Part shown: positions 8,919 through 19,803 of the stretch, one piece after another
Numbering within the stretch: the stretch's first letter is position 1
How the letters are laid out: the number at the start of each line of letters is the position of its first letter
Assembly: GCA_050250935.1 (NCBI GenBank)
Contig: JBFWNS010000001.1
Location: 512,122-576,121, forward strand
Source of the DNA: Candidatus Margulisiibacteriota bacterium
GTDB lineage: Bacteria; Margulisbacteria; Marinamargulisbacteria; JBFWNS01
Direction: 5' to 3'
Length of the DNA: 64,000 nt
Position numbers and translations under genes: made by a program
Notes under the pieces: generated by a model
Told to the model about the DNA's origin: nothing
Seen by the model: only the letters and a program-made list of their open reading frames with translations
The model's database searches: none

Positions 8919-9461
8919 CTAGATGGTCATGATTTCGGCTTCTTTGTCCTTGCCCAATTGGTCCAGAATGCCGATGAATTTATCCGTTGTTTTTTGGGTG
9001 CTGTCTTGTTGGGTTTTGCTTTCGTCTTCGGAAATGGTTTTGGCTTTTTCTTGGGCTTTCAGGCTGTCCACTTCGTCTCGGCGAATGTTGCGCAGCGAAA
9101 CCTTGCCATCTTCGATGTGTTTTTTAACCAATTTGACCAATTCTTTGCGGCGTTCTTCGGTAAGATCGGGCAATTTAAGCCGAATAATCGAGCCATCGGT
9201 GTTGGGGTTGAAGCCCAAATTGGCGCTTTGAATGGCCTTTTCAACGGCTTTTGTAGCCCCTTTGTCGAAGATATTTAGCATCAACATGGTCGATTCGGGT
9301 ACGGTAATGGCTGCCACTTGTTGCAAGGGGACCAACGACCCATAGTATTCCACCATAATTTTGGACAAAATCTCGGGGTTGGCGCGACCCGTGCGAAGGG
9401 TTCCCAAATGGCCTTTAACGACATCCACAGTTTTTTGCATTTTGTCTGTAAGTTGTGACAT
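8919..9461 (-). CDS. frr: Ribosome recycling factor
   Basis: LRTGRANP, LTEERRKELVK, RNIRRD. Confidence 0.97.
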   Translation of the reverse strand: MSQLTDKMQKTVDVVKGHLGTLRTGRANPEILSKIMVEYYGSLVPLQQVAAITVPESTMLMLNIFDKGATKAVEKAIQSANLGFNPNTDGSIIRLKLPDLTEERRKELVKLVKKHIEDGKVSLRNIRRDEVDSLKAQEKAKTISEDESKTQQDSTQKTTDKFIGILDQLGKDKEAEIMTI

Positions 9462-9490
9462 GGTTTTCTCCTGAATTCAAAAATGAGGGG

Positions 9491-10204
9491 CTAGCGAATG
9501 GTGGTTCCGATGATTTCGCCGGCCAAAATGCGGCGAATGTTTCCGGGTTGGGTCATGTTGAACACGACGATGGGGATGTCGTTGTCCATGCTTAAAGACA
9601 AGGCCGTGTTGTCCATGATTTTTAAGCGGTCTTTGATGAGGTCCATATAGGCCAAATCGTCGAACTTAATGGCGTTGGTGTTCAGCACAGGATCCGAGTC
9701 GTAAACCCCGTCTACTTTGGTGGCTTTAAACAAGGCATCGGCCCGAATTTCGGCGGCCCGCAACGCGGCTGTGGTGTCGGTGGTAAAATAGGGGTTTCCG
9801 GTTCCACCGGCAAAAATCACGATGCGGCCTTTTTCGAGGTGACGCAAGGCCCGACGCAAAATATAGGGCTCTGCGATTTGTTTCATTTCGATAGAGGTTT
9901 GGACCCGGCTTTCCACGCCCACTTTAATGAGGGCATCTTGCAAGGCCAAGGCATTCATAATGGTGGCCAACATGCCAGTATAGTCGGCGGTGACCCGGTC
10001 CATGCCATTGGCGGCTGCGGCAACGCCGCGGAAAATGTTCCCGCCACCAATCACGATGCCCAGCTGAACGCCGGCTTCGTAGCCTTCTTTAATTTCGTTG
10101 GCCATGTACACCAAAAATTTGGGATCAATGCCATACTCGCGATCGCCTTTAAAAGCCTCGCCACTCAACTTCAACAAAACGCGTTTATATTTGGGATGTG
10201 TCAT
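9491..10204 (-). CDS. pyrH: UMP kinase
   Basis: [29 protein letters not shown]. Confidence 0.98.
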   Translation of the reverse strand: MTHPKYKRVLLKLSGEAFKGDREYGIDPKFLVYMANEIKEGYEAGVQLGIVIGGGNIFRGVAAAANGMDRVTADYTGMLATIMNALALQDALIKVGVESRVQTSIEMKQIAEPYILRRALRHLEKGRIVIFAGGTGNPYFTTDTTAALRAAEIRADALFKATKVDGVYDSDPVLNTNAIKFDDLAYMDLIKDRLKIMDNTALSLSMDNDIPIVVFNMTQPGNIRRILAGEIIGTTIR

Positions 10205-10286
10205 GGGAGTTCATACTAGCAAATATAGGCACAACTGCACAGCATTAGTAGCTTTTCGGGTATTGCTTTAAGGGCCCCTTTGTTTC

Positions 10287-11177
10287 TTAGGGCGCTACAC
10301 CGTTGTCTTCGGCGGTTTTCCATTTGAAAATTTCTTTGGAGAGGGTTCGCAGCAGCAATTTGGCTTGCTCGTCGGATCTCATGTTCGTGAAGATGCTGAG
10401 TACATAGGGTTCGTCGTTGTAGTAGACAATGCCCACGTCGTTTTTAATGCCCGTTAAGGAGCCTGTTTTGTTGGCAATACGGATGTTGGACGGCAAAAAT
10501 CGGGGAATGCCCCATTTGTGGGTTTGGCGGGTCATGATCTGGATCATTTCTTGGCTGAATCGGGGCGAGAAAATTTCTCCGGCATAGAGTTTTCGCATTA
10601 ATAGGGCCATGTCGGCAGGGGTCGAAAAATTTAACCCGTCGGCGTTTAATAAGTCGCTGTTGCCAATAATGGTGTTGCGAAGGCCTAGGGACCTCATGGT
10701 TTGGTTAATGTTGCGGGGGCCGAGGTAGTCGATCAGCATTTTTGTGGCGGTGTTGTCGCTATGCGTAATCATAACTTCCACCAATTGGCGGATGGTATAG
10801 GTTTTACCAAGCGGTTCGTAATACAACTGGCCAGATCCCCAAATGCGGTCTTTTTTCTTGATGGAGAGGCGGGTATTGTCCAACGACAATTGCCCCAGGG
10901 CCACCCGTTTGTAGACCTCGACCATCACGGGAACTTTGATGACCGAGGCAGGATTAAACAACAATCCCCCATGAACCGAAATGCTTTCGCCGGTGGTTAG
11001 GTCGTAGTACACCACGCCAATTTGGCCATGGTTTTGGGCCACCAAGGTCTCGATTTTGGATTCGAGTTCTTGGTAGCCGCTGGGATCGACTTTAACCGTA
11101 GCGTCGGCCGGAGACGTTGCTATCTGCAAAGCCATAACGGTTATGATTGCCCAGATTCCAGCCTGAACCCGCCACAT
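10287..11177 (-). CDS. Class A beta-lactamase-like serine hydrolase (PBP-A-like), exported
   Basis: Signal peptide; SxxK (ASVIK), SDN and KTG motifs. Confidence 0.85.
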   Translation of the reverse strand: MWRVQAGIWAIITVMALQIATSPADATVKVDPSGYQELESKIETLVAQNHGQIGVVYYDLTTGESISVHGGLLFNPASVIKVPVMVEVYKRVALGQLSLDNTRLSIKKKDRIWGSGQLYYEPLGKTYTIRQLVEVMITHSDNTATKMLIDYLGPRNINQTMRSLGLRNTIIGNSDLLNADGLNFSTPADMALLMRKLYAGEIFSPRFSQEMIQIMTRQTHKWGIPRFLPSNIRIANKTGSLTGIKNDVGIVYYNDEPYVLSIFTNMRSDEQAKLLLRTLSKEIFKWKTAEDNGVAP

Positions 11178-11190
11178 GGTGGTTTGGATT

Positions 11191-13281
11191 TTAGATTTCG
11201 AAGGGGGTTACGGGTACGATATTGATGCGGTTTTGGGCATCAATTTCTTTGACCCGAACTTTAACCACTTGGCCCAAGCTCAGCACATCTTCTACTTTTT
11301 CGACCCGTTTTTTGGACAGAGAAGAAATGTGCATGAGACCATCTTTGCCAGGCAGTAATTCAACGAAGGCTCCGAAATGGGTGATGCGATTGACTTTGCC
11401 ATCAAATTCATCCCCAACTTCGACATCGCGAACCAAGTTCAAAATGGTGCGTTTGGCGGCTTCCAAGGCTTCGGTGTTTTTAGCCGAAACCGAAACCAGC
11501 CCAGTAGACCCATCGGTGACGATGACGGTGGCTTTGGTGTCTTCTTCGATTTTGCGAATCATTTTTCCGCCGGGACCAATCAACAATCCGACTTTTTCGG
11601 GGTTGATGGTTAGGGTTTCAATTTTGGGGGCATTGGCGGACAACACGCCGCGGGGCGTATCCAACACTTGGTTCATTTCGTGCAAAATGTGGAAACGGCC
11701 ATCTCGGGCTTGGAACAGGGCATTTTTCAGGATTTCTTCGGAAAGGCCAGATACTTTAATGTCGAGCTGAAGGGCCGTGATGCCGTTTTGGGTGCCGGCG
11801 ACTTTAAAGTCCATGTCGCCATAATGGTCTTCCAGACCTTGAATGTCGGATAAAATCACATAGCCGTCTTCGCTGATCAGCAAGCCCATGGCGATGCCAG
11901 AAACGGCGGCTTTAATGGGAACGCCGCAGTCCATCAAGGCCAAAGACCCGGAACACACAGAGGCCATGGACGAAGACCCATTGGACTCGAAAATTTCAGA
12001 AACAATCCGCAAGGTGTAAGGAAACGCTTGGGCATCGGGCAAAATGGGTTTAAGGGCCCGTTCTGCCAAGGCGCCATGGCCTTGTTCCCGGCGACCTGTT
12101 CCCATACGGCCCACTTCGCCCACCGAAAAGGGTGGGAAATTGTAGTGGAAATAATAGGTTTTGTTGGGGGTGTCGTGTTGCATGCCGTCTTCGATTTGCT
12201 CGTCGTCGGCAGTTCCCAGGGTGACCACGCCCAAACTTTGGGTTTCGCCTCGGGTAAAGAGGGCAGAGCCGTGGGTAGACGGCAAAAGACCGGCTTGAAT
12301 TTCGATGGGGCGAATTTCGGTTAAAGCACGGCCATCGGGGCGAACTTTTTTGGTGATAATAACTTTGCGGATTTTTTCTTTTTTGATTTTGGAAATCAGG
12401 CTCGCTACTTCGGCTTTATTGGATTCGTCTTCAGCAACAAAGGCTTCCAAGGCGCGTTTTTCGATAGTGTCTAACGCATCGCTGATTTGCTGTTTGTTGC
12501 CCGATTGGAATTGGGTTTCGATTTCAGACAAAAAGGCATCCAATTTCGAGAAAAGCTCGGTGTTAACAACCTTTTCTGGCAACACAACCTTGGTTTTCCC
12601 GGCTTGAGCAGCCAAGCTTTCTTGAAGGGCCACAAAGGCTTTGATGTGTTCATGGCCAAAAGTAATCCCTTTGAGCATGATATCTTCGGAAACCTCTTTG
12701 GCGCCGGCTTCGACCATCAAAATGGCGTCTTTGGTTCCGGCAACCACCAAATGCAATTCGCTGCGTTCCATATCGGCATAAGAAGGGTTGATTTGGTACT
12801 GACCATCGATATAGCCAACCAAGACCCCACCCACCGGTCCGGCAAAAGGAATGTCGGATACCGACAAGGCTGCCGATGCTGCCACAATGCCAAAGGCTTC
12901 GGGCGACAGGGTTTCGTCGTAAGACAGGGTGGTGATAACCACTTGAACTTCGTGGTGGAAGCCTTTGGGGAACAAAGGTCGCAAGGGGCGGTCAATTAAG
13001 CGTGAGGTTAAAACGGCGGTGGTAGAAGGGCGGGCTTCCCGTTTGAAAAAGCCGCCAGGAATTTTGCCGGAGGCGTACATTTTTTCGGCGTATTCAATGG
13101 TTAAGGGGAAAAAGTCGATGCCTTCTTTGGGGTTTTTGGACATCGTGGCCGTGGCCAGCAGGACCAAGTCCCCGCATTGTAAGACCACAGACCCATTGGC
13201 TTGTTTGGCCATGACGCCGGTGGTTAGGGTAACGTCTCGGTTAAAAATCGTTTGTTTTGAAGTTTTTGGATTGTTTAGCAT
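11191..13281 (-). CDS. pnp: Polyribonucleotide nucleotidyltransferase
   Basis: [41 protein letters not shown] and S1 domains. Confidence 0.98.
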   Translation of the reverse strand: MLNNPKTSKQTIFNRDVTLTTGVMAKQANGSVVLQCGDLVLLATATMSKNPKEGIDFFPLTIEYAEKMYASGKIPGGFFKREARPSTTAVLTSRLIDRPLRPLFPKGFHHEVQVVITTLSYDETLSPEAFGIVAASAALSVSDIPFAGPVGGVLVGYIDGQYQINPSYADMERSELHLVVAGTKDAILMVEAGAKEVSEDIMLKGITFGHEHIKAFVALQESLAAQAGKTKVVLPEKVVNTELFSKLDAFLSEIETQFQSGNKQQISDALDTIEKRALEAFVAEDESNKAEVASLISKIKKEKIRKVIITKKVRPDGRALTEIRPIEIQAGLLPSTHGSALFTRGETQSLGVVTLGTADDEQIEDGMQHDTPNKTYYFHYNFPPFSVGEVGRMGTGRREQGHGALAERALKPILPDAQAFPYTLRIVSEIFESNGSSSMASVCSGSLALMDCGVPIKAAVSGIAMGLLISEDGYVILSDIQGLEDHYGDMDFKVAGTQNGITALQLDIKVSGLSEEILKNALFQARDGRFHILHEMNQVLDTPRGVLSANAPKIETLTINPEKVGLLIGPGGKMIRKIEEDTKATVIVTDGSTGLVSVSAKNTEALEAAKRTILNLVRDVEVGDEFDGKVNRITHFGAFVELLPGKDGLMHISSLSKKRVEKVEDVLSLGQVVKVRVKEIDAQNRINIVPVTPFEI

Positions 13282-13309
13282 GATAGATAGGTGTCCTTAA
13301 TAGTAAATG

Positions 13310-13337
13310 AAAAAAGACCCGGAAGGTCCGGGTCTTT
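13310..13337 (-). terminator. Rho-independent terminator between rpsO and pnp
   Basis: Minus strand AAAGACCCGGA-CCT-TCCGGGTCTTT followed by further Ts. Confidence 0.85.
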
Positions 13338-13348
13338 GAGAGGGGCGT

Positions 13349-13627
13349 TTAGTCTTTAACTTTTAAGCCCAGTTTTTGGACCAATTGTTGAAACGCTTCG
13401 GGTTTGTGGCGTTGAAGGTATTTAAGAAGTCGGCGACGGCGGCCTACCATAATCAAGAGTCCGCGGCGGGTGTGGTGGTCTTTTTTGTGGAGTTTCAAAT
13501 GTTCAACCAGGTGGTTGATTCTTTCGGTTAATACCGCGACTTGAACTTCTGCAGAACCGGTGTCTTTTTTGTGAAGTTGATGAGAATCGATGATGTCCTT
13601 TTTGTTTTTATCGCCAATAGCAGCCAT
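13349..13627 (-). CDS. rpsO: 30S ribosomal protein S15
   Basis: [31 protein letters not shown] 13627 follows SD GGAGG. Confidence 0.97.
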   Translation of the reverse strand: MAAIGDKNKKDIIDSHQLHKKDTGSAEVQVAVLTERINHLVEHLKLHKKDHHTRRGLLIMVGRRRRLLKYLQRHKPEAFQQLVQKLGLKVKD

Positions 13628-13713
13628 GAATGTCCTCCGTGTTACGCCCTCTGTCTTGAGGGTCAAAACGTTTTATTTTTTAGTATGGGCCCAGTGTAAT
13701 TCATCATGGCTTT

Positions 13714-16464
13714 TCAAGCAAGGCGGCGGTTTCGGTGTAGGGGGCAGATGCGTTTGAAGGCACAAAGCTCGCAGTGTTTGAGCTGGGTTGTGGCAGAAAA
13801 TGCGCCGGCCCGCAGTTGGGTTACCAGCGACGCAATATGGGGGCCTAGGGTTTGCTTAAGATCGTCTTTGAGTTCTGCGGGGCGGTTTCGGCCGATGCCC
13901 AACATCTGTTTGGCGTCGGGATGAACAAGTTGCCAGCGTAGTTCGGTGCCTTTGGTCCGGTTGACTTGCAGATAGCATCCCCCAATCCAGGTTCTGTCTG
14001 GATGCTGGGCTTGAAGGGCTGCCAGATAGATAGGAAGCTGAAGGCTTTCCAAGGCTGTAATTTGACTGGGTGTGGGCAGGGTTTTGCCGGTTTTATAGTC
14101 GAGGACTCCCCAAAAGGTTTGGGTGTCGGATTCGATGGCCACGATGGCGTCAATTTTTCCGCGCAGGGTTAGGCTGTTTAGGGAAAAGGTGAAGGCTTGT
14201 TCCAACGCCAAGGGTTTAAGGGTGGGGTTTTCACAAAAAATGCGGACCCAGTTTAACAACAGGTTGTCCTCGGTTTCTTCGAAAAGGGTTTCTTCTTTGG
14301 CAAGCCAAGCCAGAGTGTCGAGGCGATAGTCTGGCAGAAGGCGTCGGGCCAGGGTTTGAAGGTGGAGAAGGGCTTGGGCTTCGCCCAGGCTATCCATAGG
14401 GGTTGATTGTGCATTGAGGGTTTCGAAAAACCGTTGAAATAAGGCATGTAAAAAAGACCCCCAGGCGGCGCCCAATCCCAACGTTTCCTCTTCTTCGACA
14501 GGAATTTTGAGGATCGATTTTAAAAAATACTGATATCCACAAGTTCCATAAGCTTCCAATTGGGTGGCCGAAAAGGCGGTGTCTCGAAATCGGTCTGCGA
14601 TGGCGGCTTGGTTTTCGGGTTGGGTCAATCCAAATTTTGGTTCGGGTAGCCCAGGTGTTGTCGTCTCGGGTGGGGATGAGGATGGACTTGGGGTTAAGCT
14701 CAGGGTATGGCTGGGCGCTAGTTTTTCGATCAACAAACTGGGCAGTTGGATGCTGTTGCGATGCTTTGCCAAAGACAAGTAACAGATTCCTGGCCCGGAC
14801 AGCAGCTGATCCAAAACCAAGGTGTCCCACTGGTCGCAGCGCGTGGCCGAAGGCAGGGTGGGATATCGGGTGTAAAAGGGATCCAAAAACACGTTGTTGG
14901 GCAAGGATCTTGGCCACTGCGATTGGTCGAAATGGGGGATAAAATAACGGCTCGCAGGCAGGCAATAGGCTTCGTAGGGATCACAAATGCGAACCCCCAC
15001 TTTTACGGCTTCTTTGACGCTGGGGCCTTGGGTTCCCAATTCGCTTAACCGGTCTTTAAACCAGGCCATCCACTGGGTGGGTGGGGTCAAGGGAAGACTG
15101 GCAACCAAATAGTCCCACAACGCTTGCCACAAGGGGTCGGATTCGCTGGCACCCAGTACACTAAAAGGTGCTATAAAGGTTTTAAGCACGGTTTCTAGCT
15201 CCGACAGCGAGCGAATGGCTTTGGCCTTTTCGCAAAAACGCAGCAGGGTTTCCAAAATCGGTTTTTGGGTTTGAAAGCCCTCGAGAAACCAGAGGGCGGT
15301 TTGTTGAAGGTCTTCGTTTGAGGACGTGTTAGCGAAGTGGGACCAGGTGGCTTGGAGGGTGTCCAGCTGCTGAATTTTTTGGCTGGGCCAATCGGGGTTT
15401 TCGGTGGATAAAAACCGAACCCAAGTGGTGTTGGCCCGAACCCCAGGCAAGTGCAAAAACGAGACAAAAGACTCGGTTCGTCTGGGCCATTCGCAGAGGC
15501 TGGCGGCATGGTAAAGCAGGATGCCCAAAGCCGATTTGGACAAGGGAATTTCGGGTCGGTGCCACACAGGAATGCCGGCGGTTTTTAGTTTTTTGTGCCA
15601 ATGAATTTGCAAGGTTTTGTCGGCCACAACCACGGCCAAATGTTTGGGGTCTGTTCCGTTTGTCAGTTCGGCCAGAATGGCTTGGCAAACTCCCTCGTCT
15701 TCGGCATATCCGTTCTCGAAACAGATGACGGGGGTGTTTTTGGGGCTGGTGTTGTTTTCTGGTAATTCGATGTGTTTGATGTCTCCGGGTTGGGTTATCA
15801 GCCACCGAAACAGGCGATCGTTTTGGGTTGGATCCACCAAAAAGGAGGTGGATTGGGCGAGCCTCAGAATGGCCGAGGCCAGTGCTTGTTGTTGAAACGA
15901 CAGATCCCAAAATCCCACAAAAAAAATGGTGGTGTTTTCCAGGGTTTTTTCGAGGGCTTTGAAATCTTCTTGTTGGGCCTCTCGCCAGACCTGGGCTTTA
16001 AACCGAAGGCCGTTTGGTGGGGATTTTAGTTTGGCATAGATGGGTTCCCACCCTGGGGGGAAAGCTCGGAATTCTCGCTGAATGTCGGCTGGGGTTGCCC
16101 CGATTTCTTCGAGGGCGTCGAGGGCCAGAATCAGTTGTCGCAAAACGCCGGGCTTTGAATACCAACTGGGTTTTTGAGGGTCTAGGGCCGACAAGGCCAC
16201 TTGTTCTTTAAGGCGGTGTTCGAAGGCCGAAGAGGGTCCATAATGTTCGGTCAGTAGCTCGTCCAAGGTTTGAACGATGAGGTCTTCTTGGCTAAACAAC
16301 AGGGTTTTGGCAAGGTCTTTGTAAGCCCTGCTGGGCACAAGAATCCGACAGGTTTTGGGCGATTTTTCGGCCAGGGTTTTGGCATTGGTCCAAAACGGGC
16401 TTTCAAAAAACCGGTTAAAGGGAGCGGTATAAACAAACAAAAAAGGTGATATGATCTTGCCCAT
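13714..16464 (-). CDS. AddB/RexB-like PD-(D/E)XK nuclease with Fe-S staple
   Basis: C-terminal FSATQLEAYGTCGYQYF, RGKIDAI, VLDYKTG, LQLPIY, CELCAFKRICP. Start is uncertain; 16464 chosen because of an upstream GAGGA. Confidence 0.8.
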   Translation of the reverse strand: MGKIISPFLFVYTAPFNRFFESPFWTNAKTLAEKSPKTCRILVPSRAYKDLAKTLLFSQEDLIVQTLDELLTEHYGPSSAFEHRLKEQVALSALDPQKPSWYSKPGVLRQLILALDALEEIGATPADIQREFRAFPPGWEPIYAKLKSPPNGLRFKAQVWREAQQEDFKALEKTLENTTIFFVGFWDLSFQQQALASAILRLAQSTSFLVDPTQNDRLFRWLITQPGDIKHIELPENNTSPKNTPVICFENGYAEDEGVCQAILAELTNGTDPKHLAVVVADKTLQIHWHKKLKTAGIPVWHRPEIPLSKSALGILLYHAASLCEWPRRTESFVSFLHLPGVRANTTWVRFLSTENPDWPSQKIQQLDTLQATWSHFANTSSNEDLQQTALWFLEGFQTQKPILETLLRFCEKAKAIRSLSELETVLKTFIAPFSVLGASESDPLWQALWDYLVASLPLTPPTQWMAWFKDRLSELGTQGPSVKEAVKVGVRICDPYEAYCLPASRYFIPHFDQSQWPRSLPNNVFLDPFYTRYPTLPSATRCDQWDTLVLDQLLSGPGICYLSLAKHRNSIQLPSLLIEKLAPSHTLSLTPSPSSSPPETTTPGLPEPKFGLTQPENQAAIADRFRDTAFSATQLEAYGTCGYQYFLKSILKIPVEEEETLGLGAAWGSFLHALFQRFFETLNAQSTPMDSLGEAQALLHLQTLARRLLPDYRLDTLAWLAKEETLFEETEDNLLLNWVRIFCENPTLKPLALEQAFTFSLNSLTLRGKIDAIVAIESDTQTFWGVLDYKTGKTLPTPSQITALESLQLPIYLAALQAQHPDRTWIGGCYLQVNRTKGTELRWQLVHPDAKQMLGIGRNRPAELKDDLKQTLGPHIASLVTQLRAGAFSATTQLKHCELCAFKRICPLHRNRRLA

Positions 16465-16903
16465 GACGTTTTTCATCCTCATCGTATCAGAAGAAGTGCT
16501 TCCCACCGAATCCAAAGCACTTAAACAGCATAAAAAGAACCAATTGGCCCAGGTGAGGCTGTGGAAAAAATGGGGGCTTCGGTTTGGCATTCCCCGGATT
16601 TTTGCAGCCGAACAAGGGCTGTCTTGGGCGAAATGTTGTCGGCTTAAGGGCATAACCAAACGCAAATGGGTGATGAATGTGGCGGAAAACCCAGATTTTC
16701 GGGCGGTTTTGTCCCAAACCCAAACTGGGGATTGTTGGGTGATTTCGAAAACACAAGTGGCCATGGCCTTTTCGGGCTTGGGTTTGGGTGATGGGTGTGC
16801 CCTGTTGAGCTTGGCGCCTGGGGTGTTGGTTCAGGTGTCTGGTAGCGACAAACCGGTGGTCCATGCCGTGTTTCCAACCTGCTTCGCAGAGCCTCAAAAA
16901 TAG
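16463..16903 (+). CDS. Hypothetical protein
   Basis: Codon choice (TTG, GCC, GTG, ACC) resembles neighbouring genes and it ends 22 nt before def. Start is uncertain (16451 or 16463). Confidence 0.45.
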   Translation: MTFFILIVSEEVLPTESKALKQHKKNQLAQVRLWKKWGLRFGIPRIFAAEQGLSWAKCCRLKGITKRKWVMNVAENPDFRAVLSQTQTGDCWVISKTQVAMAFSGLGLGDGCALLSLAPGVLVQVSGSDKPVVHAVFPTCFAEPQK

Positions 16904-16925
16904 GATATACTAGACTTCTTTTGCC

Positions 16926-17399
16926 ATGTCAGTACTAGAGGTCCTTCAAATTCCCCATCCCGTCTTGCGCCAAAAATGTGTTCCCGTCACGGTTTTTGAT
17001 GCTGGATTGGAAGCATTGGTTCGGGACATGTTTCCCACCATGTATCACCACAACGGCATCGGTTTGGCGGCCCCTCAGGTTGGGGTTTTGCAACGGGTGC
17101 TGATTGCCTGCTACAAGAAAAAAGAATGGGTCCTGATTAACCCCGAAATCGAAAGGGCAACCGGCTCGGAAATCATGGATGAAGGGTGTTTAAGCATTCC
17201 ACAGGCTCGGGTCTATGTCGAGCGCTATACCGATATCACCATTCGTTGCCAAGATTTAAAAGGTAATTTTCGAACAGTTCGTGCCAAGAACATTTTGGCC
17301 CGAATTTTTCAGCACGAATTGGATCACCTTGATGGGGTTCTGATTCTCGACAAAGCCATTCCAGAAGACCAACTTGAATTTGAGGAAAAACGAAAATGA
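16926..17399 (+). CDS. def: Peptide deformylase
   Basis: GIGLAAPQVG, EGCLS, QHELDHLDG. Confidence 0.97.
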   Translation: MSVLEVLQIPHPVLRQKCVPVTVFDAGLEALVRDMFPTMYHHNGIGLAAPQVGVLQRVLIACYKKKEWVLINPEIERATGSEIMDEGCLSIPQARVYVERYTDITIRCQDLKGNFRTVRAKNILARIFQHELDHLDGVLILDKAIPEDQLEFEEKRK

Positions 17400-17740
17400 T
17401 CACTGTTTTAAAAGCCAAAATCTCGTATGGGAAATTAACCCACACCGAATTGTTGTACGAAGGGAGCATTACCCTGGATGAAGATGTGATGGATGCTGTT
17501 GGCATTCGCGACAACGAACAGGTTCATGTTGTGAATCTGAACAATGGCGAACGCCTGATTACCTATGCCATTGCCGGTGCCAGAGGCTCTGGGGTTTTTG
17601 GATTAAACGGCCCAGCTGCTCGGTTGGGCATGGTGGGGGACGAAATTCATGTTCTGGCCTATGCCACCCAGCCCGATACCGATCCGATTGCCCCTAAAAT
17701 TGTGGATTTTCGATTTTTCAAAAAGGAAGTGACCCGATGA
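17396..17740 (+). CDS. panD: Aspartate 1-decarboxylase
   Basis: YEG-SIT cleavage site, NNGERLITY, LNGPAAR. Confidence 0.95.
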   Translation: MITVLKAKISYGKLTHTELLYEGSITLDEDVMDAVGIRDNEQVHVVNLNNGERLITYAIAGARGSGVFGLNGPAARLGMVGDEIHVLAYATQPDTDPIAPKIVDFRFFKKEVTR

Positions 17741-19026
17741 TTTATCCCGAAAGCACGTCGATGGATGCCCAAGGTGGCCTTAGCTTGGGTGGGGTTTCTG
17801 TTACCGAACTGGTACGCACCCATGGATCGCCTCTTTATATTATGGACGAAGCAACCGTTCGCCGAAATTGTCGCGCCTATACCGAAACTTTGGCCAAGAC
17901 CTATCCCAATGCCACGGTGGTGTTTGCGGGAAAAGCCTGTTTAAATTTGGGGCTTTTGAACCTGATGGCCCAAGAAAAATTGGGGGTGGATGTGGTGTCG
18001 GCTGGGGAATTGTTTACAGCCCTTCGGTCTCAGATCAATCCCGAAACCATCGTGTTTCATGGCAACAACAAGTCCCTCGAAGAACTGGAAATGGCCATTC
18101 AACATCGCATTCGAATTGTCATTGATAACGTCCAGGAATTGGACAATATTAAAGCCCTGACCGAAACTTTGTCCCAATCTGCCCGGGTGATGATCCGCTT
18201 GAAGCCCGAAATCGAAGCTCACACCCACGACTACATCAAAACCGGTCAAATTGACTCTAAATTTGGCATTGATAAAGACCAAATGCTGGCCGTTGTGGAG
18301 GCTATTTTGGCCCATTCACAGTTGGAATTTTTGGGGATTCACAGCCACATTGGCTCCCAAATTTTTGATGTGATTCCTTTTCAAGATTTGGCGCAGTTGA
18401 TGGCTGCCCACATGGCCGAAATTAAGGCTAAATTTGGCATCGATATCCCCGAATTGAATTTGGGCGGTGGGGTTGGCATTCGCTATACCACCGAAGACGA
18501 TCCCCCCCTTATCGAAACATTTGTTGAAACCCTAACCCAAACCCTGAAAGCGGCTTTGGATCAACGGGGTCTTCCCCATCCCCGATTGTTGCTAGAACCT
18601 GGGCGGTCCTTGGTGGCCAATGCTGGGGTGACGGCCTATTCTGTTGGGGCCATCAAAGACATTCCTGGCGTCAAAACCTATCTGTTTATTGATGGGGGCA
18701 TGGCCGACAATCCGCGGCCGATGTTGTATCAATCCAAATATACGTTTGCTTTGGCCAATAAATTTAAATCGCCTTCTGAAAAACACTATGCTGTGGCCGG
18801 AAAATATTGCGAATCTGGTGATGTGCTGACCCACGACGTGGTTTTGCCCGAAGCCAGCAAAGGCGACACCCTGGTGGTGTTTGGTACAGGGGCCTACAAC
18901 TATACAATGGCCTCGAACTACAACCGGGCTGCAAGACCAGCCATGGTTTGCGTGGGGCAGGGTCAATCGAAGGTTTGGGTTCGACGCGAGACGCTGGACG
19001 ATTTGCTGCGGTTGGACAATCCCTAG
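17737..19026 (+). CDS. lysA: Diaminopimelate decarboxylase
   Basis: DVVSAGEL, SKFG, HSHIGSQ, EPGRSLV, CESGD, GAYNYTMASNYN. Confidence 0.97.
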   Translation: MIYPESTSMDAQGGLSLGGVSVTELVRTHGSPLYIMDEATVRRNCRAYTETLAKTYPNATVVFAGKACLNLGLLNLMAQEKLGVDVVSAGELFTALRSQINPETIVFHGNNKSLEELEMAIQHRIRIVIDNVQELDNIKALTETLSQSARVMIRLKPEIEAHTHDYIKTGQIDSKFGIDKDQMLAVVEAILAHSQLEFLGIHSHIGSQIFDVIPFQDLAQLMAAHMAEIKAKFGIDIPELNLGGGVGIRYTTEDDPPLIETFVETLTQTLKAALDQRGLPHPRLLLEPGRSLVANAGVTAYSVGAIKDIPGVKTYLFIDGGMADNPRPMLYQSKYTFALANKFKSPSEKHYAVAGKYCESGDVLTHDVVLPEASKGDTLVVFGTGAYNYTMASNYNRAARPAMVCVGQGQSKVWVRRETLDDLLRLDNP

Positions 19027-19038
19027 GAGAAGCGGCTG

Positions 19039-19803
19039 TTGAATACCCTTCATCTGATGCGGTCTGGCTTGGATGTGTTCCTGGTTTTTTTGCTGATCTA
19101 CACCCTGTTGTTGTGGATCAAAAATACCCAGGCCTTCAGTTTGGTCAAAGGCCTGTTGATGGTGTTGATTGTGTATTTTTTAAGCTATCAGATGGGACTT
19201 GAAACCCTGAACTGGGTTTTGGGCAAATTCACCACGGTTCTGATTTTTCTGATTATTATTGTGTTTCAACCCGAATTGAGACGGTTTTTAGACCGGTTGG
19301 GAACAGGGCAATTGTTTAACCCCATGTTGTTGCAAGGCGAAGGTCAAAGTACTTCGGCCATCAAGCAAATTTTGAAGGCTGTGGATTTTTTATCCAAACA
19401 AAAAGTGGGGGCGTTGATCGCCATTGAATTGTCCAGTTTGTCCGAATACATCGAGTCTGGGGTTCGGATTCAGGCCACCTTGTCCTTTGAATTGTTGTCC
19501 ACTTTATTTTGGAAAAATTCACCCACCCACGATGGGGCGGTTATCATTCGGGAAAATCGCATTGAAGCGGCCGGTTGTTTGTTGCCTTTAACCGATACCC
19601 CCATGCGGGACCATCGGTTGGGAACCCGGCACCGGGCGGCCATTGGGTTGTCCGAATTGACCGATGCGCTGGTGATCGTGGTGTCGGAAGAAACGGGTAT
19701 AGTGTCCTTGGCCGAAAATGGGAATTTAACCCGCTATCTGACCAAAGAAGCCTTGGAAACCCGGTTGTTTAATTTATACAAAGAGGAAAAAATGGGATCA
19801 TGA
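19039..19803 (+). CDS. cdaA: Diadenylate cyclase CdaA
   Basis: Three N-terminal TMs, FQPELRRFL, HDGAVII, GTRHRAA, VSEETG. Confidence 0.93.
   Translation: MNTLHLMRSGLDVFLVFLLIYTLLLWIKNTQAFSLVKGLLMVLIVYFLSYQMGLETLNWVLGKFTTVLIFLIIIVFQPELRRFLDRLGTGQLFNPMLLQGEGQSTSAIKQILKAVDFLSKQKVGALIAIELSSLSEYIESGVRIQATLSFELLSTLFWKNSPTHDGAVIIRENRIEAAGCLLPLTDTPMRDHRLGTRHRAAIGLSELTDALVIVVSEETGIVSLAENGNLTRYLTKEALETRLFNLYKEEKMGS

Noticed and set aside
16465..16764. 100-aa N-terminal extension of the AddB-like ORF given in the ORF track
   Set aside because: It is the antisense of a plus-strand ORF with more host-like codons; AddB-like sequence begins near MGKII.
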